From the human T2T-CHM13v2.0 reference genome, Homo sapiens: DNA of 64,000 nt. The notes beneath the pieces were generated by a model. It was not told where the DNA came from, searched no databases, and was given only the letters and a program-made list of their open reading frames with translations. Below, one piece after another: positions 51,419 to 64,000 of this stretch. The stretch is taken from the NCBI RefSeq assembly GCF_009914755.1, contig NC_060941.1; one strand, given 5' to 3'. The translations under genes and the position numbers were made by a program. Position 1 is the first letter of the stretch. Every line of letters starts with the position of its first letter.

Positions 51419-53129
51419 CTATCCTGTGCTTTAGAGTAGCGGGGCCCACTCTGATGGGCGTTTCCTGTCTGTTTTTTGGAGGTTCCCGAGACTGACTGCA
51501 CCCATTTACAGAAAGGAAAGGCAGGGGATTGACACAGCACCCTAGGCTTCCTGGGCCAACACCTACTGTTCAGGGAAAATCTCCAGTCCTGTCTCCCTGG
51601 ACAGAGAGGACAGCAGGGTCCCTCACGATACCCAGGGCTGGTGGGGAAACTCAACACCTCCAGCCTATCCCAGATATCCTAGAATCTGTCATCCTGCCAG
51701 AATAGGCCTGTGATGTCCCTGTCCCATCAAAGCAGGGGACAGTGCATGCTGGTTCTCAACCCCTGATGACGTGATCTGTTCTTGGCAAGGCCACTTCTTG
51801 TTTCCTTCTCTGACAACCATTCCTGTGTCCATCTGCCCATCCATCTGTCCGTCACTTCAACAAGTATTAATACAAACTCAAGACCTACTGTGTGCCAGGC
51901 ACCAGGATGCAGTGTTGAGAAGATTACACAAAGCCCACACCCCCAAGAAACTCAGAGCCCAGTAGGGAAGAAGGCCAGCACACAGAAGCCCTGGCACCCA
52001 GCACACCAGGAACTCCGAGAAGCCACACGAAGGGTACAGGACAGGGCCCTTCCTCAGTACAGAGCAGCTGCAAGCCAAAGAAGCTGGCTCCAGGCCCCCA
52101 GGGAGAGGAGCAGTCCTGCTGCCCTTCCAGGAAGCTCAGCCCCTAGTAGAATGCACTTCTGGGGGGCATCCACAGTTGCTTCCTTTAACTAGTTTAATCC
52201 GAAGACAAAAGTTGAGCTAAGGCAGCTTGCAGAGAAAGGAAGGACTAGAGGCTTGCTAGGTAGGACTCGTCTTCCACTGGCGTCACCTCAGAAAACAGTG
52301 ACTCAGAGAACAGCCTCTAGGCCTGGGCCCTCAGCCCCAGGGCAGACTGGCTAGCAGGCCAGTGGGAACTCTGGTCTCACTGAGGCTGGGGCTAGGGGCT
52401 GGGACTTCACTGAGAAAAAGTGTTCCAGATGGCAGTGGGGTGGGTTAAACCAGACGCCTCCCAGAGCCCCTCTCCCCTAAGGTTCCCAGCAGTCAGGAGC
52501 CTCAGGCTCTCAAACCCTTCCTGCGGTGATGGAATGGTCTAGAAGCCTACTCACAATTTGGTTTGCTGAGAGGGAAAAGTTAAAACCGCCCTTTTTATTT
52601 GGGAGCCTTTGAACAAGTTTATGATCTTGCCCCTTGTCAGGAAATCTGTTTTCACTTACAAGAAACAGGCTGGCTCAGGGGCCGGCGGTGAGCAGAGCAG
52701 TGAGGGAAGACTCCACACTGACAGGCTAATTATATTTTTCACCACTGGCCCGGTTAGTCCCCACTCTGGTCCTGGGCAAAGCACCCCTGGCCTGGTGCTC
52801 CTGGAAGCCCCCACTACGGCCCGTCTTTTTGGGGGGTGGAGTTGGAAAGCCAATCTACAGCGAGGGTGCAGAAGGCCAGAGGTGATGTCGGGGGGCCCGG
52901 ACAGGAAGGGGACGAGCGCCCACTGCTGCGCAACCAGAGCCCAGGCAGCCTCTGCTCTCGGCTGTGAGCACTGTGGAGCAGCCGGGGATTCTGAAGGATC
53001 AGCAGGCAAACAGTGCTGCCCCCAGACACGCAGGGCTCCGAAAAGCCAAAGCCCTCAGAGGGTGTCCGAGGCCACTGTCCCAGGGCCCCAGAAGCTGCAG
53101 GAAGAGCCTCCTCTGGGGCAGAGACACGC

Positions 53130-53300
53130 CATGCACGCACGTGGATCCGAGGACAGCCATGCCACTCTCCGGTCACATGACCCACGCCAGGCCAATCACA
53201 ACACCTCTGCTTCCTCTGCCACCGTGATTGGCTTTGGGTCGGGCATGTGACATAAGCTGAGCCAATCAGAGTTCACCACTGGGACCCAATGAGCGCACAG
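53130..53300. mobile_element. Ancient ERVL/MaLR-type LTR fragment
   Basis: GGTCACATGACCC..GGCCAATCA and GATTGG..GGGCATGTGAC..AAGCTGAGCCAATCAGAG motifs. Confidence 0.5.
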
Positions 53301-53431
53301 CTTTTCCTGCGGCCTCCTGCAGCTAACCCGCCACGTTCTCTTCCCCCAGCGCTGGGCTCTCGCCGCGGCAGAACTTCGGAGTCCAGGATGGGGTTGTAGA
53401 GCCTGAGGTGTCATTCACATTGCTGGTGAAG

Positions 53432-53857
<426 letters not shown>

Positions 53858-55122
53858 GCCTTCACAACGGCGGTTGACCTTGAAAGCCAGCTGTCCAACA
53901 TAAAGTGGGTCTCCCCAGCCCACCTGGCTGCACGCAGCTGCACCCAGTCATCCATCACGGGGCAGAAAGAGCCCATGCAGGCCCTTAAGGCTCAGGAAGC
54001 TGCTGGAGGCCACTCCTGCTACACTGACCCTCCCTCACCTCAAACCCATGGCCTCTGCGAAGCCTCATCACCTGTTGACCGAGGAGGCAGCAGCCTCCTT
54101 TACAGAGCCAGCCCCAGCCCCAAGTGGATGGCTGCACCCTCACAGCCCCACCTTGCAGGACAACCCTCCCAGAGTGCAGCACATTGAGTGGACGTCTCCA
54201 TGTTCAAGGCCGAGGCCTACAGAGTCCTGGGCAGTGCCTGGGCATCTGGCCAAACGTGAGGGACTTGGAAAAAACACAGGGCAAACCAGTCGGGGACAGG
54301 AGTTGGAGGAGTTCGAGGAAGAGGAGGGTCAGCAGGCATTTGGGCTGTGGCTGGAGGCTGAGCATGTGTAGGCCCGTGTGAGCCCACCAGAAGCCCCACT
54401 GCAGAAGAGTTTTTCAGAGTCAGGTGGGCACATGACCCACCCGGGGGTGCCCATCACCTCCCTCCCCCCCCAGCCAATCTGCAGCTCACCCCACGGGCTT
54501 GCAGTGTGCAGAGAGGAAGGTCAAGCACAGGCACTCCCTCTTGAAACGGCCCTCCCTGTGGCTGGTCTGGATTCCCACTGAGGAAGGCTCAATTGTAGAA
54601 GCCACAACGGACCTGAAATCCCAGCAGGGTGCCATGCTTCACGGGCACCTGGCAGTGCTGTGGGGCACATTGATGACTTTGGTCCCTTCCGTTATGGCAT
54701 GGGCAGCAACTTGTCCTCATCAGGAATAAGCTCTGCTCTGGATGAGGTCATGCCATGGGCCTAGAGAACCTCTAGACCTGCTCAGGGAACCCCACCCTGC
54801 CCCTGCAACCAAGGAACTCATTTCCAGGCACAAGCACAGCCAGGAGCTAAGTCACAGCCATTCCCCATCTCACCCTCTGTCCCTGGCATCTGCAGCCCAG
54901 GAGCCATGCAACCTGGTTGGTCTGAGGCAGGGCACCCCACAAGCCAGGAAAAGCTCCAGTCCTGGCTTCAGGAGGCAGGAGTTGGAGGAGGAGTTTCAGC
55001 CTCTCACTGTCACACTAGTGCCCTTAAGCTCTGCCTCCCGTCCTGACTCAGAGCTGCACTGGTCTGCCGTGCAGCACCCACGGGGAGACATCGTTACAGC
55101 CCAGGGATCTGGAGCCATTTCA

Positions 55123-55697
<575 letters not shown>

Positions 55698-56982
55698 TCA
55701 GGAGTGAAGGCAATGCCGATACCAGTGGCAGCTTGGGGCCCCCAGAGGAAAAGGAGGGCGCCTCGACTTTCTTGCCTGGGGCTATGTGCTTTCTATTTTA
55801 TTTTCTTTCCTCTTCTTCCCCTGCTGTTGGGTGTCAGGTAGGTTAGCAGTGGGTAGTTCCAGCGTCCACTCCACAGCTGCAGACGCCCGGCAGACCCTCA
55901 CCCGAACTCAGGAAGGTGGACATCCCAGACAGCAGGCACAGCTGAGCCGCCCAGCTCATCTCCTGGGGGGAAAGGGAGTGTTTTTATTGATCATCAGATG
56001 GCTGCACGGTGCCCTGGAGTCGTGGGAGTGGGTCAGGGGAAATGTGTGGCTCCCACGGGGGCCGAGTGTGGCCCCCGCTGCCGTGTCTGCCCCAAGGCCT
56101 TCCTGCCACCTTCTCCTGGTAACAGATGCCCCTGTTTCGTGCTGGAACTGCCCTCACCTGACCCACGTGGTTCTAGTAGAGTTGTTACCCGACCCCCGGG
56201 CCTGGACGATCACACGGCCGTGTCCCCTGGCCCAGGGGAGCAAGCCCTTTCCTGGAATGAGGAAGGACCCTGCACTCCTACTCGGTAGCCACACTGGAAG
56301 CGAGCCGACCTGGCCCTGTCTGAGCCATGCCCCCATTCTCCTCCCCTATTCCCCTTGAAGAATAGGGAAACACGTGTTTGCAGTGGAGAAGCAGAGGCCA
56401 ACACACACAGGGAGAAAGAGCAAGGGACAGAAACACAGAGACAAGTGGAAAGACAGACAGAACCCTGACGACAGCTGGGTCCTCGGAGGCTCAGAGGCCC
56501 AGAGGCCCAGAGGCCCACGCCGCCCAGGCCTTTCCGGCCATAGCTTCCTTTTGTGCTGACGGCGTTTGAGCTGATTCCTTCAGTTAGAATCCTAAGGGTC
56601 TTGGTGCTCTCAGCCCCTGCCCTGCACAGAGTAGCGATGGATCCACTGCCCCTGGTGACAGTGTGTGCTCTGAGTGTCTCCGGGTTCCCGGGGCCCCACA
56701 AACACTGTGGTGGCAGGTGGGAACGACTGAGGCCTGACGAAGGGGGACGGGAGTCCTCCCCCCCGAGTACCCACAAGTACCCAACACAAAGACCTCCTCA
56801 AAAGACTGGACTGGACACTCCTCCATCAGCAGGGTCTACCTCACTGATCCAGTATGAATGACGGCCCAGCCACTCAGCCAGGGAGGTGAGCAGGGCCAGT
56901 AGCAGCACAAAACCCACATTCCGTCCTGTTCCATACGTGTGTGAGTGAATGCAGCCCTTGTGCATGCATAGAAAACGCTCTG

Positions 56983-57046
56983 GGTCGGGTGCAGTGGTTC
57001 ATACCCATAATCCCAACACTTTGGGAGGCCAAGGTGGGAGGATCAC
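56983..57046 (+). mobile_element. Alu 5' fragment
   Basis: GGTCGGGTGCAGTGGTTCA...ACTTTGGGAGGCCAAGGTGGGAGGATCAC. Confidence 0.85.
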
Positions 57047-57639
57047 ACCCAACTCTGGTGCTGGGGAGGATGCTATCCTTGGGCCCAAATGGGGCTGAGG
57101 GCAGGATAGAGGGCAGTGGCAGGTCCAGCCTCTTCTCTCCTCGGCCTGGGCTTCTGCGTGAGGCAGGGGGCTGCCAGTGTTGAGGGCACACCTGGCCATC
57201 CAGAGCGTGGCCACCCTGTGGTGGGTCCCTGCTGTGCCTGCTGTGCTCCAGGAAGATGGGAAGGGGTCTGTGGCCACACCTGTGTGCTGCTTAAGGTGGT
57301 GACGTCACAGCCTTTTTCATCCAGGGACCCGGAAAGAAGGAGTGTCTCGGGGAAGACAGCAGTGGGGGCCTCATGGTCTGGAGCCCTCTCCCCACCAGAT
57401 AGATGGAAGTTCTGGAATGTTCCTAGCCGGTTCTGCTTCTCTTGGCCTGCCTCTTGCTGTGGGCCCTCAGGCAGGCCACTGGCCTTCCTGAGACCTGATT
57501 TCCTTGTCCATGAAAATGACATGGAAGGTGACAGCAGCAGGATGGCTCATGGGAGACGTGGCTGAGCACTGGGCCTGCTGGCGCCTCTTCTCCAGCATCA
57601 GCTCTTCCTTTCCAGTTACCGGGGGTGGGGGGGAACTAT

Positions 57640-58085
57640 ATTGCCCAGTACCTGTCCCCGCTTTTTCCTCAGTAACAGAGCCCCAACTCGTAACTGGGCA
57701 CCTGGCCATTAAGAGTGAAAATTACATTTCCCAGCGTGCCTTGCAACTAGATGCAGCCATGTGTCTGAGTTCTGGGCAACGAGGGTGAACAGCAATGTCA
57801 CGTGCAGCAGAAAGTATCCTTAAACATAAGGCTGTGCTCTTCCTTCCTGCTAGTTGGAATGTAGGTGTGATGGCTGGATCCTAAGCAGCTATTTTGGATC
57901 ATGAGAAAGAAGCCACAGTGAAGGATGGCAGAGCAACAAGCTAGAGGAGCCAGGGTTCCTGATGATCCTAGAGGCATCAGAGTGGCCCTGGAGGCCTTAA
58001 GTAAAAGAATAAGAAACATCCCCCTTCCTTAAGTCACTACGACTTCTGTGCTGTTTCTGTGAAGCCTGAATCTAATCCTGATGTC
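57640..58085. mobile_element. MaLR LTR (MLT1-type)
   Basis: ACATTTCCCAGC..CCTTGCA.CTAG..GCCATGTG.CT.AGTTCTGG, TGGAATGT.G.TGTGATGGCTGGA and AGGATGGCAGAGCA motifs. Confidence 0.7.
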
Positions 58086-59089
58086 TATGTTGGTTACCCA
58101 TCAGTCTACCCTCAGTCTCTTTGGCTCTTCTCTGTGACCAGCCCTGCTGGCCCACACCCAACATCCACTCTCCACTTCTCCCTGCTCTCGTTCTGCTGGG
58201 ACCCCCCCTTTGAGGGTCCCACTCTCCACTTCTTCTCCCCCGCCCCCCGTTCTGCTGGGACCCCCCTTTGAGACTCCCAGGGCCCTGTGGTCTCTGAGGT
58301 TGAGGTCTACTCTCAGCTTGATGTTGCTGCCAAGCCAGCCCCTCTCACAGCACAGAGCGCTCAGCACAGCCTGTAATTATGTATTTATTGTGGGTTTATT
58401 TGATTGCTGCCTCCCCAGGACTGTCACTAATGTGAGGGCAGGGCCCCTGCCTGGTATTCACATGATATCCTCAGCTCCCGGCTGGGGGTCTGGGCTCAAG
58501 CAGGTACCCAGTGAACCCTGGGCAGGTGAACCTCGTCCTGGTGAGTGCTGACTCCGTGACCCACCACCCTCCCCACCCCTTCCTCGGCTACCCCGGCCCC
58601 AGCCACTCCTGTCCCTCTCTCTACCCTCCCCCAATGCCCAGAGTCCCCCTCCCAGCCCTTTTCTTCCACCCCATTGTCTTCTCTGCCCCCTTCCTGACCT
58701 TGCATTGAGGCTGCAGGCCTCGGGGCCTTCCAGTGACCCACACCCAGCCACGTTTCATTTTCTGAACTTGGGTTTCAAACATGAGGAAGGAACTGAGGCT
58801 GGTGTTCCAGGAGCGGCCCCAGCGCTTGCTGGTGGCTGTGTGGGGGCACAGGCCCCCCAGTAAGTCTCCCATCCACAGGGGCATCAGAAGGATGGAGAGG
58901 TAGAGTGTCTCCCCCACCCCCCGATTGGCCTATAGGAAAGGACAGACAGTCCCCAGTGCTGGCACCATGTGGGGCAATCAGAACCCACCCACACTGCGGG
59001 TGGGAGCAGCGGTCAGGACAGTGGCTTGCAGAGCTAGCAGTGTCTGCTAACATCCACCAGAAACCCCCACTGTCGGGCACAAGGAGACA

Positions 59090-59501
59090 CACACTAGAAT
59101 GTTTGTAGCAACACTATTCACAGACTTTGGAGATAATCTAAATGTCTGTCAACAAGAGACTTGGTAGATAAAGTGTTACATCCATACAATGGACTACAAC
59201 ACAGCAACGCAAGAGAACAACCACAGACACACGCAGGACGCAGCAATGCAGTGAGCACGGGCAGCATTGTGTGGCGTGAAGGCGCCAGCCTCGGAGAGGA
59301 CGGCTGTACAGCTCTGCTGGCGCGGACTAAGGATCAGGCAGAGCAGTCTCCGGGATGGGTGGCAGAGCGCTCCTGGGCTTGCATGGGAGGGGGCACGAGG
59401 GAGCCTCTGAGGGCTGGGAGTTCTCTGGACCGGGCTGGCGGTTGCACGGATGTGCACGAATGTGAAAGTCCAGTGATCTGCAGCTTAAGATTGGTGCACC
59501 T
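59090..59501 (+). mobile_element. Ancient L1M (L1ME-like) 3' region
   Basis: AGAATGTTTGTAGCA.CACTATTCA..CTAAATGTC..TCAACA..ATCCATACAATGGA.TAC pattern. Confidence 0.7.
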
Positions 59502-60124
<623 letters not shown>

Positions 60125-60125
60125 T

Positions 60126-60289
60126 TTTATTTTATTTTTTGAGACGGACTCCCTCTATTCCCCAGGGTGGAATGCAGTGGCGCAGTCACGGCTTACTGCA
60201 GCTTCTTCCTCCTTGGGCTCAAGCAGTCCGCCCACCTTGGCCTCCCAAAGTGTTGGGATTACAGGCATGATCCACCACCCCCAGCCCGG
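60126..60289 (-). mobile_element. Alu monomer or internally deleted old Alu, antisense
   Basis: T-rich start, GGGCTCAAGCAGTCCGCCCACCTTGGCCTCCCAAAG. Confidence 0.85.
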
Positions 60290-62159
60290 ATCCCAGTTTT
60301 TGATGTCGGTGGAATTGGAGATGGCAGGCAGGGCCATCTGTGTGCCAGCTGTGATTGATTAGCAGGGGCTGCCTGGAGAATGATCTGAGGGCCCGAGGCC
60401 ACCGCTGGGCTCCGTGGGAGAGAGTGGCTGATGGATTAGTGATGTCTGCCACATGCGCTGCAGGAACGAGAGGCAGCCTCCATGTCCCTGAAAGACGGCC
60501 ATCCTCGCACTAACCTCACAGCCCCCCACAGGCAGCTCACTCCAGCCAAGCCCACCACCACCTCCTCAACTGCAACAAATGCTTATAATGACAGCTCATG
60601 TATATTTATCGAGCCTGTAATTACCAAGACAGTGTGCTGCACGTCACCTACATCCCCTCACCCTGCCCAACAACCCTATCATCATCGCCATACCACAGGC
60701 GGAGAAGCCAGGGACAGGGGTGCCTCGCCCCAGCCTCCTGATGCCTGCGGCAGAGGCCCAGCTGTGCACAGCCACACTCCCCCGGATGCCACGTCCCTGA
60801 TCCCCATGGTGGCACCTCCTTGCCCCCTGCTTTTCTTCAGCTTCTCCACCACTCCTACTCCTCCTTGCCCTTCAAAGCCACCTCAAGTGCCACCCCCTCT
60901 CTCCTCATTATCCAAGAGTCCTCCCCCTCCTGAGCCTCTCAGGGGACCTGGGCCCGAGCCACCTTATCAGGAACTTGTGCATGGCTGCAGTGTTGGGTCA
61001 CACATGTCTCCAAGTCTGAACTACATCCTTTCTTCCTTGGGCTCCTGGGGCTAAGCCCAACCTGGCAGACAAAGGCTCCCCTGAGAAGGTTTGATGAGTG
61101 AATACATGTCCCCTGCCTCAGAGGGAAGCCCCCATCTCAGGCCTCACACGGGCAGATTCATCCTCCTTCCAGATACAGGCCCCATGAAGGGGCAACAGCA
61201 AACAGGATCAGTCCCTGCCCTGGGGAATTACAGTCCCAGCAGTGGCTTGTGACAGCTGCCAAGATGGGCAAGCATTGGAGCATCCAGGAGGACCCCCAGG
61301 AAGAGGGCCTGAACAACACCGTGCACGTGCGCTGACACGGGGCATTCCTCGTCCTCAGTCCTGCCTCGTTTTGTGACTCATCACTTTCAGGATGGGAAAC
61401 CCTCCAAGGAAGGTCCCCTTGGCTCTGGGGTGGCTCCTAGTGGATCTGCAAGAGGCGGGGCCCAGCCTGGTCGTGCCCCATCTTAGGCTGCCTCTGCATG
61501 GGCTACACATCCACAAAACAAAGCAAAACAGCAACATTTTCTACGATGCTTTTATTCACACTTCAAAACAGGTGCTGGACATCTTCCCATTGCCCCATGC
61601 CAGCCCCTGCTCTGTGCCCCGGGAAGCTGACTGTAGGTACAGGATCCATGGGGCCTCGTTGCTCCCTGGCCTCCACCTAGTTCAGCCAATGCGTAGCCGG
61701 TAGACAAGCCAAGCGGTCAGGAGGGGTGAGGTCAGTGTACAGCAGCAGCTCCTCCCTGCCGGGTCGCTGTGTCCCTCTCCAAGGTCAGGGCTCCTGGAGA
61801 CGGCCTCTCCTGTGGCTCCAGCTGCCCTCCAGGTCTCAGGGGGTAACAGCTCCCCTTTGTTGCTGGCCCTGGGTACTGCACAGCTCTCCTTTAATTCACG
61901 TATTTTCCATTTATTCAATTCTCCTCAAATACCCTGTCTGAGGGTGCCATAAAAATGTAAGACTGTGTCAATTGCCCATATCAAAAAACATGCTTGTACG
62001 TTCCACTTGAAGTAGTTTGGAGGGGAGACTAATGGAAACTAGGGGGAGGCTAGCCCCCAAGCCTCCGCTGAGGCCACCGCTGTCTGTGTCCCGAGGGCCC
62101 TGGAGTAGGAGGTGTCAATGACGGACTCAATGAATGAATGAATTGATCCCACCACCACC

Positions 62160-62810
62160 AGCGGCAGGCCCGCCTCTTCCTTCCACAGCCCACCTTGGCC
62201 TCCCCGCCTCGCCAGGTGGCAAGGCCTTCGCTCCTGGTCCCTGAGCGCCGCTCGCTTCCCTCCCGCGTGGGCAGGGGGCAGCCGCGACGCCGGCCCAGCG
62301 CCTCCGAGCCGGGAACCGCACAGCACCCGGCGATGGCCCCGAGCCCCGCGCGCCCGAAGCCACGGCGCCGCTCGCTGGGGGCCTCGGGACGGCAGGGACG
62401 GCTGGGGGTGGCGCGGACCGCGTCCCCGAGGCGCGTAGCGCGCGATCGAACCACGCGCCCCGCCCGCTGCGGTCCTCTAACAGCCCCTCGCGCCGCCCCA
62501 CGTGGGGCCGCACGGGCTGGCGGCCCCCTCACCCGATTGGCCGCCGCACAGCCAATCAGAGAGCGGAGGCGATAGCGGCCGCGCCGATTGGCTGCGGCGG
62601 GCCGGCCCGGGGGAGGGGGCGGGACCCCTTTTGTTCTCTCCGCACCTCCGGGTTCGCGCGACTGTGAGCGCCCCCGCCCCGGAGCAGGGGTCCGCGCTGG
62701 GGGTCCGGAGGGCGGGGGCGCGGCCCGACGCCCCACCCCCAGCTTGTTCACTGCCGCCAGGGCCCAGCGCCTGAAGCGCGGGTCCTTCGCTGGGACGAGC
62801 GCTTTCATCT
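62160..62810. promoter_or_regulatory. CpG island with three CCAAT boxes and a GC box; promoter-like
   Basis: High CpG density; ATTGG 62536, CCAAT 62552, ATTGG 62587, GGGGCGGG ~62616. Confidence 0.8.
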
Positions 62811-64000
62811 CCGTCCCTCAGTTTCCCTCCCCTTGTCTTCTCCCTGTGTCCTGGGAGTTATGGGGAAGCTCAGCCCTTGGCAAATGAGCTTGGGACCTTC
62901 CTAAAACCTAAGCCAATGATAGGCCCGATCTTGCCTGAGAGGGGCACGTGAGAGACCCCCAAGCTGGAGAGGCAGATGTCCTGGTAACTCTAACCTGAGA
63001 CCGTTTTCAGGGTGAGCCTTCTCCTAATCACGGCTGGGGCGTCTTCGTCCAAGGTGGGGCTGGATGGGGGTGGGCAGAGGCCCCCACAGTCACAGCCTGG
63101 CCAGCTGTGCAAATGCTCCCCTAAACCGTCCCCCGCTTCAGTCACTCAGCCAACCAATCAATCGCAGGGGCCTCCCTCTGGGGTGGAAAGTGGTGGCCCC
63201 AGGGACCAGGGACCTTCACAGGGAGAGAGGGCTGTGGTCCGGGCAGGGGCGTCAGGGGTTCAGCCTGGGTCTCCTGACCTCCAGGCCCACGTCTTCCCTT
63301 AGACAACACCTGAGAGCATCTCCCAGCGTGGCTGTGGCCACACACATCCCTGGGAGTAGGACGGGCCACCGCGCTGAAGCTGTGGATGCAGGGCTCCCAA
63401 TCTGTAGGCGAGGGGCCTCTCCCCTGCAGGGGACAGGATCAGGACCCTGGGAGCCCTCAGTCCCCCTCCCAGCACTGATTACCTGGAAAACCCCCCGAGC
63501 CCAGGTTGATGAAGAAGGTGGGACCCTGACAGTGAGTGGCCTGAGCCTGGGATGGTAGCTTGACCTCATCTCCAAGGTCATCCTCCCAGACCTGGGAGTC
63601 TAAAAACATTAAATCCTTCAGAAGGACATATTTGCATCAGATCACTGTTCAGAACGCCACTGGTGCCATTCACGGAGCAGTCCCTGGGCTGAAGTGGCTG
63701 CTCTGGTCTGGTGAGCGGGGGCACCCACGCGAGCTCCCAGGCCCAGAGGCCTCCCCCAGATCCTGGTGTTAGTGGCCCATGGAAGGACTCCCAGCCCCAG
63801 AGGCTTGGCAGGTGTCTGCGGCTCCCCAGGGGTGGGGTGCTGGGAGGCTGACATCTGTGGAGTGTTTTTACTGTTGAACAAATTGAATCAATTAAACAGG
63901 CCCCATCGGGGTGGCTGGGAGCGGTGAACAGGAGGAAAGAGGGGAGCGGAGCCAAGAGGACAGCCTGAGGGCGTCTGTCTCCCCAGGCGGGGTTCAGACG

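Noticed and set aside
58170-58275. Two-copy imperfect duplication (TTCTGCTGGGACCCCCC..TTTGAG) and the small duplication at 44420-44490
   Set aside because: Ordinary short local duplications with no overlap to splice sites or clear motifs.
62552-62570. ER-stress element (CCAAT-N9-CCACG) in the CpG island
   Set aside because: No CCACG lies at the required 9-nt spacing from any of the three CCAAT boxes.

Overview
This is GC-rich primate genomic DNA, almost certainly human (AluY/S/J elements, miR-3186 hairpin). It is not prokaryotic, so most of the six-frame ORF track is noise. The window holds most of the BAHCC1 gene (BAH domain and coiled-coil containing 1, H3K27me3 reader, 17q25.3) on the + strand. 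I mapped 26 constitutive coding exons from 7806 to the stop at 44826, all with consistent splice phases (7649 nt). The ATG exon lies upstream of the window, and a ~2.5 kb 3' UTR ends after AATAAA at 47314. An in-frame 93-nt antisense-Alu cassette exon sits at 27747-27839, and MIR3186 lies antisense in an intron. Downstream is repeat-rich intergenic DNA (Alu, L1, MaLR, MER53) and an orphan CCAAT/GC-box CpG island at ~62.2-62.8 kb. I see no new multi-gene system. The most unusual signals are in splicing and regulation: (1) a 30-bp minisatellite that copies an exon's 5' splice site 17 times, the first copies in frame; (2) a duplicated 3' splice site that would act as a poison acceptor; (3) two GC-AG introns, one with a frame-compensating GT/AG alternative pair; (4) a 3.75-kb intronic tandem repeat built from RUNX, GATA and CACCC consensus sites. 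Gene and repeat names come from recognising the sequence, not from database searches.
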